From Auanema rhodensis (taxonomy: Eukaryota > Animalia > Nematoda), in the NCBI GenBank assembly GCA_964057225.1, contig OZ059898.1, forward strand, positions 18,910,001 through 18,974,000: a stretch of 64,000 nucleotides of DNA. The letters run 5' to 3'. This document shows positions 1-11,558 of the stretch, one piece after another. The translations under genes were made by a program, and so were the position numbers. The notes under the pieces are model-generated. The model was not told the origin of the DNA and did not search any database. It saw only the letters and a list, made by a program, of their open reading frames with translations. The first letter of the stretch is position 1. Each line of letters opens with the position of its first letter.

Positions 1-3000
1 TGAAAGATAAAGAGATGGGGTTTTCAAAATTAGATTCCCCATGTCCATATTAGTCTAAAAACAAATTTTTATTGATATTGGTGCATGGTAACCATGACTT
101 TGAAATTTAGGTGAACTTTAATTTATGCTAATTAAGTGTACACATGATGTGCACTTGGTATGTAACTCGCTTCACGAGAAAGATAAAAAGATGCGGTTTT
201 CAAATTTAGATTTCGCGTGTCCATATTAGTCTAAAAACAAATTTTTATTGATATTGGTGCATGGTAACCATGACTTTGAAATTTACGTGAACTTTAATTT
301 ATGCTAATTAAGTGTACACGTGATGTGCACTTGGTAGGTAACTCGCTTCACGTGAAAGATAAAGAGATGCGGATTTCAAAATTAGATTCCTCATGTTCAT
401 ATTAGTCTAAAAACGAATTTTTATTGATATTGATGCATGGTAACCATGACTTTAAAATTTACGTGAACTTTAATTTATGCTAATTAAGTGTACACGTGAT
501 GTGCACTTGGTATGTAACTCGCTTCACGTGAAAGATAAAGAGATGCGGTTTTCAAAATTAGATTCCGCATGTCCATATTAGTCTAAAAACAAATTTTTAT
601 TGATATTGGTGCATGGTAACCATGACTTTGAAATTTACGTGAACTTTAATTTATGCTAATTAAGTGTACACGTGATGTGCACTTGGTATGTAACTCGCTT
701 CACGTGAAAGATAAAGAGATGCGGTTTTCAAAATTAGATTCCCCATGTCCATATTAGTCTAAAAACAAATTTTTATTGATATTCGTGCATGGTAACCATG
801 ACTTTGAAATTTACGTGAACTTTAATTTATGCTAATTAAGTGTACACATGATGTGCACTTGGTATGTAACTCGCTTCACGAGAAAGATAAAAAGATGCGG
901 TTTTCAAATTTCGATTTCGCGTGTCCATATTAGTCTAAAAACAAATTTTTATTGATATTGGTGCATGGTAACCATGACTTTGAAATTTACGTGAACTTTA
1001 ATTTATGCTAATTAAGTGTACACGTGATGTGCACTTGGTATGTAACTCGCTTCACGTGAAAGATAAAGAGATGCGGTTTTCAAAATTAGATTCCCCATGT
1101 CCATATTAATCTAAAAACATATTTTTATTGATATTGGTGCATGGTAACCATGACTTTGAAATTTACGTGAATTTTAATTTATGCTAATTAAGTGTACACA
1201 TGATGTGCACTTGGTATGTAACTCGCTTCACGTGAAAGATAAAGAGATGCGGTTTCAAAATTAGATTTCGCATGTCCATATTAGTCTAAAAACAAATTTT
1301 TATTGATATTGGTGCATGGTAGCCATGACTTTGAAATTTACGTGAATTTTAATTTATGCTAATTAAGTGTACACATGATGTGCACTTGGTATGTAACTCG
1401 CTTCACGTGAAAGATAAAGAGATGCGGTTTTCAAAATTAGATTTCGCATGTCCATATTAGTCTAAAAACAAATTTTTATTGATATTGGTGCATGGCAACC
1501 ATGACTTTAAAATTTACGTGTACTTTAATTTATGCTAATTAAGTGTACACATGATGTGCACTTGGTATGTAACTCGCTTCACGTGAAAGATAAAGAGATG
1601 CGGTTTTCAAAATTAGATTCCCCATGTCCATATTAGTCTAAAAACAAATTTTTATTGATATTCGTGCATGGTAACCATGACTTTGAAATTTACGTGAACT
1701 TTAATTTATGCTAATTAAGTGTACACATGATGTGCACTTGGTATGTAACTCGCTTCACGAGAAAGATAAAAAGATGCGGTTTTCAAATTTCGATTTCGCG
1801 TGTCCATATTAGTCTAAAAACAAATTTTTATTGATATTGGTGCATGGTAACCATGACTTTGAAATTTACGTGAACTTTAATTTATGCTAATTAAGTGTAC
1901 ACGTGATGTGCACTTGGTATGTAACTCGCTTCACATGAAAGATAAAGAGATGCGGTTTTCAAAATTAGATTCCCCATGTCCATATTAGTCTAAAAACATA
2001 TTTTTATTGATATTGGTGCATGGTAACCATGACTTTGAAATTTACGTGAATTTTAATTTATGCTAATTAAGTGTACACGTGATGTGCACTTGGTATGTAA
2101 CTCGCTTCACGTGAAAGATAAAGAGATGCGGTTTTCAAAATTAGATTCCGCATGTCCATATTAGTCTAAAAACAAATTTTTATTGATATTGGTGCATGGT
2201 AACCATGACTTTGAAATTTACGTGAACTTTAATTTATGCTAATTAAGTGTACACGTGATGTGCACTTGGTATGTAACTCGCTTCACGTGAAAGATAAAGA
2301 GATGCGGTTTTCAAAATTAGATTCCCCATGTCCATATTAGTCTAAAAACAAATTTTTATTGATATTCGTGCATGGCAACCATGACTTTAAAATTTACGTG
2401 TACTTTAATTTATGCTAATTAAGTGTACACATGATGTGCACTTGGTATGTAACTCGCTTCACAAGAAAGATAAAGAGATGCGGTTTTCAAAATTAGATTT
2501 CGCGTGTCCATATTAGTCTAAAAACAAATTTTTATTGATATTGGTGCATGGCAACCATGACTTTAAAATTTACGTGTACTTTAATTTATGCTAATTAAGT
2601 GTACACATGATGTGCACTTGGTATGTAACTCGCTTCACGAGAAAGATAAAAAGGTGCGGTTTTCAAATTTAGATTTCGCGTGTCCATATTAGTCTAAAAA
2701 CAAATTTTTATTGATATTGGTGCATGGTAACCATGACTTTGAAATTTACGTGAACTTTAATTTATGCTAATTAAGTGTACACGTGATGTGCACTTGGAAT
2801 GTAACTCGCTTCACGTGAAAGATAAAGAGATGGGGTTTTCAAAATTAGATTCCCCATGTCCATATTAGTCTAAAAACAAATTTTTATTGATATTGGTGCA
2901 TGGTAACCATGACTTTGAAATTTAGGTGAACTTTAATTTATGCTAATTAAGTGTACACATGATGTGCACTTGGTATGTAACTCGCTTCACGAGAAAGATA

Positions 3001-4893
3001 AAAAGATGCGGTTTTCAAATTTAGATTTCGCGTGTCCATATTAGTCTAAAAACAAATTTTTATTGATATTGGTGCATGGTAACCATGACTTTGAAATTTA
3101 CGTGAACTTTAATTTATGCTAATTAAGTGTACACGTGATGTGCACTTGGTAGGTAACTCGCTTCACGTGAAAGATAAAGAGATGCGGATTTCAAAATTAG
3201 ATTCCTCATGTTCATATTAGTCTAAAAACGAATTTTTATTGATATTGATGCATGGTAACCATGACTTTAAAATTTACGTGAACTTTAATTTATGCTAATT
3301 AAGTGTACACGTGATGTGCACTTGGTATGTAACTCGCTTCACGTGAAAGATAAAGAGATGCGGTTTTCAAAATTAGATTCCGCATGTCCATATTAGTCTA
3401 AAAACAAATTTTTATTGATATTGGTGCATGGTAACCATGACTTTGAAATTTACGTGAACTTTAATTTATGCTAATTAAGTGTACACGTGATGTGCACTTG
3501 GTATGTAACTCGCTTCACGTGAAAGATAAAGAGATGCGGTTTTCAAAATTAGATTCCCCATGTCCATATTAGTCTAAAAACAAATTTTTATTGATATTCG
3601 TGCATGGTAACCATGACTTTGAAATTTACGTGAACTTTAATTTATGCTAATTAAGTGTACACATGATGTGCACTTGGTATGTAACTCGCTTCACGAGAAA
3701 GATAAAAAGATGCGGTTTTCAAATTTCGATTTCGCGTGTCCATATTAGTCTAAAAACAAATTTTTATTGATATTGGTGCATGGTAACCATGACTTTGAAA
3801 TTTACGTGAACTTTAATTTATGCTAATTAAGTGTACACGTGATGTGCACTTGGTATGTAACTCGCTTCACGTGAAAGATAAAGAGATGCGGTTTTCAAAA
3901 TTAGATTCCCCATGTCCATATTAATCTAAAAACATATTTTTATTGATATTGGTGCATGGTAACCATGACTTTGAAATTTACGTGAATTTTAATTTATGCT
4001 AATTAAGTGTACACATGATGTGCACTTGGTATGTAACTCGCTTCACGTGAAAGATAAAGAGATGCGGTTTCAAAATTAGATTTCGCATGTCCATATTAGT
4101 CTAAAAACAAATTTTTATTGATATTGGTGCATGGTAGCCATGACTTTGAAATTTACGTGAATTTTAATTTATGCTAATTAAGTGTACACATGATGTGCAC
4201 TTGGTATGTAACTCGCTTCACGTGAAAGATAAAGAGATGCGGTTTTCAAAATTAGATTTCGCATGTCCATATTAGTCTAAAAACAAATTTTTATTGATAT
4301 TGGTGCATGGCAACCATGACTTTAAAATTTACGTGTACTTTAATTTATGCTAATTAAGTGTACACATGATGTGCACTTGGTATGTAACTCGCTTCACGTG
4401 AAAGATAAAGAGATGCGGTTTTCAAAATTAGATTCCCCATGTCCATATTAGTCTAAAAACAAATTTTTATTGATATTCGTGCATGGTAACCATGACTTTG
4501 AAATTTACGTGAACTTTAATTTATGCTAATTAAGTGTACACATGATGTGCACTTGGTATGTAACTCGCTTCACGAGAAAGATAAAAAGATGCGGTTTTCA
4601 AATTTCGATTTCGCGTGTCCATATTAGTCTAAAAACAAATTTTTATTGATATTGGTGCATGGTAACCATGACTTTGAAATTTACGTGAACTTTAATTTAT
4701 GCTAATTAAGTGTACACGTGATGTGCACTTGGTATGTAACTCGCTTCACATGAAAGATAAAGAGATGCGGTTTTCAAAATTAGATTCCCCATGTCCATAT
4801 TAGTCTAAAAACATATTTTTATTGATATTGGTGCATGGTAACCATGACTTTGAAATTTACGTGAATTTTAATTTATGCTAATTAAGTGTACAC
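1..4893. repeat. Higher-order duplication with 16-monomer offset (2815 bp): 1-2078 is repeated at 2816-4893
   Basis: Rare alleles recur at +2815: GATGGGG/TTTAGGTG, GGTAGG (336/3151), TATTAATC (~1108/3923), GGTAGCC (1321/4136). 2815 = 16x176-1, explained by one GGTTTCAAAA deletion monomer. Confidence 0.88.
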
Positions 4894-7800
4894 ATGATGT
4901 GCACTTGGTATGTAACTCGCTTCACGTGAAAGATAAAGAGATGCGGTTTCAAAATTAGATTTCGCATGTCCATATTAGTATAAAAACAAATTTTTATTGA
5001 TATTGGTGCATGGTAACCATGACTTTGAAATTTACGTGAATTTTAATTTATGCTAATTAAGTGTACACATGATGTGCACTTGGTATGTAACTCGCTTCAC
5101 GTGAAAGATAAAGAGATGCGGTTTTCAAAATTAGATTTCGCATGTCCATATTAGTCTAAAAACAAATTTTTATTGATATTGGTGCATGGCAACCATGACT
5201 TTAAAATTTACGTGTACTTTAATTTATGCTAATTAAGTGTACACATGATGTGCACTTGGTATGTAACTCGCTTCACGTGAAAGATAAAGAGATGCGGTTT
5301 TCAAAATTAGATTCCTCATGTCCATATTAGTCTAAAAACAAATTTTTATTGATATTGGTGCATGGCAACCATGACTTTAAAATTTACGTGTACTTTAATT
5401 TATGCTAATTAAGTGTACACATGATGTGCACTTGGTATGTAACTCGCTTCACGTCAAAGATAAAGAGATGGGGTTTTCAAAATTAGATTCCCCATGTCCA
5501 TATTAGTCTAAAAACAAATTTTTATTAATATTGGTGCATGGTAACCATGACTTTGAAATTTACGTGAACTTTAATTTATGCTTATTAAGTGTACACGTGA
5601 TGTGCACTTGGTATGTAACTCGCTTCACGTGAAAGATAAATGGATGCGGTTTTCAAAATTAGATTCCCCATGCCCATATTAGTCTAAAAACAAATTTTTA
5701 TTGATATTGGTGCATGGCAACCATGACTTTAAAATTTACGTGTACTTTAATTTATGCTAATTAGGTGTACACGTGATGTGCACTTGGTATGTAACTCGCT
5801 TCACGTGAAAGATAAAGAGATGCGGTTTTCAAAATTAGATTCCCCATGTCCATATTAGTCTAAAAACAAATTTTTATTGATATTGGTGCATGGTAACCAT
5901 GACTTTGAAATTTACGTGAACTTTAATTTATGCTAATTAAGTGTACACGTGATGTGCACTTGGTATGTAACTCGCTTCACGTGAAAGATAAAAAGATGCG
6001 GTTTTCAAAATTAGATTCCCCATGTCCATATTAGTCTAAAAACAAATTTTTATTGATATTCGTGCATGGTAACCATGACTTTGAAATTTACGTGAACTTT
6101 AATTTATGCTAATTAAGTGTACACATGATGTGCACTTGGTATGTAACTCGCTTCACGAGAAAGATAAAAAGATGCGGTTTTCAAATTTCGATTTCGCGTG
6201 TCCATATTAGTCTAAAAACAAATTTTTATTGATATTGGTGCATGGTAACCATGACTTTGAAATTTACGTGAATTTTAATTTATGCTAATTAAGTGTACAC
6301 ATGATGTGCACTTGGTATGTAACTCGCTTCACGTGAAAGATAAAGAGATGCGGTTTCAAAATTAGATTTCGCATGTCCATATTAGTCTAAAAACAAATTT
6401 TTATTGATATTGGTGCATGGCAACCATGACTTTGAAATTTACGTGAATTTTAATTTATGCTAATTAAGTGTACACATGATGTGCACTTGGTATGTAACTC
6501 GCTTCACGTGAAAGATAAAGAGATGCGGTTTTCAAAATTAGATTTCGCATGTCCATATTAGTCTAAAAACAAATTTTTATTGATATTGGTGCATGGCAAC
6601 CATGACTTTAAAATTTACGTGTACTTTAATTTATGCTAATTAAGTGTACACATGATGTGCACTTGGTATGTAACTCGCTTCACGTGAAAGATAAAGAGAT
6701 GCGGTTTTCAAAATTAGATTCCTCATGTCCATATTAGTCTAAAAACAAATTTTTATTGATATTGGTGCATGGCAACCATGACTTTAAAATTTACGTGTAC
6801 TTTAATTTATGCTAATTAAGTGTACACATGATGTGCACTTGGTATGTAACTCGCTTCACGTCAAAGATAAAGAGATGGGGTTTTCAAAATTAGATTCCCC
6901 ATGTCCATATTAGTCTAAAAACAAATTTTTATTAATATTGGTGCATGGTAACCATGACTTTGAAATTTACGTGAACTTTAATTTATGCTTATTAAGTGTA
7001 CACGTGATGTGCACTTGGTATGTAACTCGCTTCACGTGAAAGATAAATGGATGCGGTTTTCAAAATTAGATTCCCCATGCCCATATTAGTCTAAAAACAA
7101 ATTTTTATTGATATTGGTGCATGGCAACCATGACTTTAAAATTTACGTGTACTTTAATTTATGCTAATTAAGTGTACACATGATGTGCACTTGGTATGTA
7201 ACTCGCTTCACGTCAAAGATAAAGAGATGCGGTTTTCAAAATTAGATTCCCCATGTCCATATTAGTCTAAAAACAAATTTTTATTAATATTGGTACATGG
7301 TAACCATGACTTTGAAATTTACGTGAATTTTAATTTATGCTAATTAAGTGTACACATGATGTGCACTTGGTATGTAACTCGCTTCACGTGAAAGATAAAG
7401 AGATGCGGTTTTCAAAATTAGATTTCGCATGTCCATATTAGTCTAAAAACAAATTTTTATTGATATTGGTGCATGGCAACCATGACTTTAAAATTTACGT
7501 GTACTTTAATTTATGCTAATTAAGTGTACACATGATGTGCACTTGGTATGTAACTCGCTTCACGTGAAAGATAAAGAGATGCGGTTTTCAAAATTAGATT
7601 CCTCATGTCCATATTAGTCTAAAAACAAATTTTTATTGATATTGGTGCATGGCAACCATGACTTTAAAATTTACGTGTACTTTAATTTATGCTAATTAAG
7701 TGTACACATGATGTGCACTTGGTATGTAACTCGCTTCACGTCAAAGATAAAGAGATGGGGTTTTCAAAATTAGATTCCCCATGTCCATATTAGTCTAAAA

Positions 7801-8922
7801 ACAAATTTTTATTAATATTGGTGCATGGTAACCATGACTTTGAAATTTACGTGAACTTTAATTTATGCTTATTAAGTGTACACGTGATGTGCACTTGGTA
7901 TGTAACTCGCTTCACGTGAAAGATAAATGGATGCGGTTTTCAAAATTAGATTCCCCATGCCCATATTAGTCTAAAAACAAATTTTTATTGATATTGGTGC
8001 ATGGCAACCATGACTTTAAAATTTACGTGTACTTTAATTTATGCTAATTAAGTGTACACATGATGTGCACTTGGTATGTAACTCGCTTCACGTCAAAGAT
8101 AAAGAGATGCGGTTTTCAAAATTAGATTCCCCATGTCCATATTAGTCTAAAAACAAATTTTTATTAATATTGGTACATGGTAACCATGACTTTGAAATTT
8201 ACGTGAACTTTAATTTATGCTTATTAAGTGTACACGTGATGTGCACTTGGTATGTAACTCGCTTCACGTGAAAGATAAAGGGATGCGGTTTCCAAAATTA
8301 GATTCCGCATGTCCATATTAGTCTAAAAACAAATTTTTATTGATATTGGTGCATGGTAACCATGACTTTGAAATTTACGTGAACTTTAATTTATGCTAAT
8401 TAAGTGTACACGTGATGTTACTTGGTATGTAACTCGCTTCACGTGAAAGATAAAGAGATGCGGTTTCCAAAATTAGATTCCGCATGTCCATATTAGTCTT
8501 AAAACAAATTTTTATTGATATTGGTGCATGGTAACCATGACTTTGAAATTTACGTGAACTTTAATTTATGCTAATTAAGTGTACACGTGATGTTACTTGG
8601 TATGTAACTCGCTTCACGTGAAAGATAAAGAGATGCGGTTTTCAAAATTAGATTCCCCATGTCCATATTAGTCTAAAAACAAATTTTTATTGATATTGGT
8701 GCATGGCAACCATGACTTTAAAATTTACGTGTACTTTAATTTATGCTAATTAAGTGTACACATGATGTGCACTTGGTATGTAACTCGCTTCACGAGAAAG
8801 ATAAAAAGGTGCGGTTTTCAAAATTAGATTTCGCGTGTCCATATTAGTCTAAAAACAAATTTTTATTGATATTGGTGCATGGTAACCATGACTTTGAAAT
8901 TTACGTGAACTTTAATTTATGC

Positions 8923-10620
8923 TAATTAAGTGTACACGTGATGTGCACTTGGTATGTAACTCGCTTCACGTGAAAGATAAAGAGATGCGGTTTTCAAAAT
9001 TAGATTCCGCATGTCCATATTAGTCTAAAAACAAATTTTTATTGATATTGGTGCATGGTAACCATGACTTTGAAATTTACGTGAACTTTAATTTATGCTA
9101 ATTAAGTGTACACGTGATGTGCACTTGGAATGTAACTCGCTTCACGTGAAAGATAAAGAGATGCGGTTTTCAAAATTAGATTCCCCATGTCCATATTAGT
9201 CTAAAAACAAATTTTTATTGATATTGGTGCATGGTAACCATGACTTTGAAATTTACGTGAACTTTAATTTATGCTAATTAAGTGTACACATGATGTGCAC
9301 TTGGTATGTAACTCGCTTCACGAGAAAGATAAAAAGATGCGGTTTTCAAATTTAGATTTCGCGTGTCCATATTAGTCTAAAAACGAATTTTTATTGATAT
9401 TGGTGCATGGTAACCATGACTTTGAAATTTACGTGAACTTTAATTTATGCTAATTAAGTGTACACGTGATGTGCACTTGGTATGTAACTCGCTTCACGTG
9501 AAAGATAAAGAGATGCGGTTTTCAAAATTAGATTCCTCATGTCCATATTAGTCCAAAAACAAATTTTTATTGATATTGGTTCATGGTAACCATGTCTTTG
9601 AAAATTACGTGAACTTTAATTTATGCTAATTAAGTGTACACGTGATGTGCACTTGGAATGTAACTCGCTTCACGTGAAAGATAAAGAGATGCGGTTTTCA
9701 AAATTAGATTCCCCATGTCCATATTAGTCTAAAAACAAATTTTTATTGATATTGGTGCATGGTAACCATGACTTTGAAATTTACGTGAACTTTAATTTAT
9801 GCTAATTAAGTGTACACGTGATGTGCACTTGGTATGTAACTCGCTTCACGTGAAAGATAAAGAGATGCGGTTTTCAAAATTAGATTCCGCATGTCCATAT
9901 TAGTCTAAAAACAAATTTTTATTGATATTGGTGCATGGTAACCATGACTTTGAAATTTACGTGAACTTTAATTTATGCTAATTAAGTGTACACGTGATGT
10001 GCACTTGGAATGTAACTCGCTTCACGTGAAAGATAAAGAGATGCGGTTTTCAAAATTAGATTCCCCATGTCCATATTAGTCTAAAAACAAATTTTTATTG
10101 ATATTGGTGCATGGTAACCATGACTTTGAAATTTACGTGAACTTTAATTTATGCTAATTAAGTGTACACATGATGTGCACTTGGTATGTAACTCGCTTCA
10201 CGAGAAAGATAAAAAGATGCGGTTTTCAAATTTAGATTTCGCGTGTCCATATTAGTCTAAAAACGAATTTTTATTGATATTGGTGCATGGTAACCATGAC
10301 TTTGAAATTTACGTGAACTTTAATTTATGCTAATTAAGTGTACACTTGATGTGCACTTGGTATGTAACTCTCTTCACGTGAAAGATAAAGAGATGCGGTT
10401 TTCAAAATTAGATTCCTCATGTCCATATTAGTCCAAAAACAAATTTTTATTGATATTGGTTCATGGTAACCATGTCTTTGAAAATTACGTGAACTTTAAT
10501 TTATGCTAATTAAGTGTACACGTGATGTGCACTTGGTATGTAACTCGCTTCACGTGAAAGATAAAGAGATGCGGTTTTCAAAATTAGATTCCCCATGTCC
10601 ATATTAGTCTAAAAACAAAT
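8923..10620. repeat. 5-monomer (880 bp) tandem duplication
   Basis: GGAATG 9127/10007, AAACGAATTT 9381/10261 and TCATGGTAACCATGTCT 9581/10461 are all offset by 880. Confidence 0.85.
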
Positions 10621-11558
10621 TTTTATTGATATTGGTGCATGGCAACCATGACTTTGAAATTTACGTGAACTTTAATTTATGCTAATTAAGTGTACACGTG
10701 ATGTGCACTTGGTATGTAACTCGCTTCACGTGAAAGATAAAGAGATGCGGTTTTCAAATTTAGATTTCGCGTGTCCATATTAGTCTAAAAACAAATTTTT
10801 ATTGATATTGGTGCATGGTAACCATGACTTTGAAATTTACGTGAACTTTAATTTATGCTAATTAAGTGTACACGTGATGAGCACTTGGTATGTAACTCGC
10901 TTCACGTGAAAGATAAAGAGATGCGGTTTTCAAAATTAGATTCCGCATGTCCATATTAGTCTAAAAACAAATTTTTATTGATATTGGTGCATGGTAACCA
11001 TGACTTTGAAATTTACGTGAACTTTAATTTATGCTAATTAAGTGTACACGTGATGTGCACTTGGAATGTAACTCGCTTCACGTGAAAGATAAAGAGATGC
11101 GGTTTTCAAAAATAGATTCCCCATGTCCATATTAGTCTAAAAACAAATTTTTATTGATATTGGTGCATGGTAACCATGACTTTGAAATTTACGTGAACTT
11201 TAATTTATGCTAATTAAGTGTACACATGATGTGCACTTGGTATGTAACTCGCTTCACGAGAAAGATAAAAAGATGCGGTTTTCAAATTTAGATTTCGCGT
11301 GTCCATATTAGTCTAAAAACAAATTTTTATTGATATTGGTGCATGGTAACCATGACTTTGAAATTTACGTGAACTTTAATTTATGCTAATTAAGTGTACA
11401 CGTGATGTGCACTTGGTAGGTAACTCGCTTCACGTGAAAGATAAAGAGATGCGGATTTCAAAATTAGATTCCTCATGTTCATATTAGTCTAAAAACGAAT
11501 TTTTATTGATATTGATGCATGGTAACCATGACTTTAAAATTTACGTGAACTTTAATTT

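Noticed and set aside
301-476. CENP-B box
   Set aside because: The NTTCGNNNNANNCGGGN pattern is not present on either strand of the consensus (no CGGG/CCCG).
493-500. Minus-strand ATCACGTG matches budding-yeast CDEI (RTCACRTG)
   Set aside because: An 8-bp match with no CDEII/CDEIII context. Point centromeres are not tandem arrays, so it is treated simply as an E-box.
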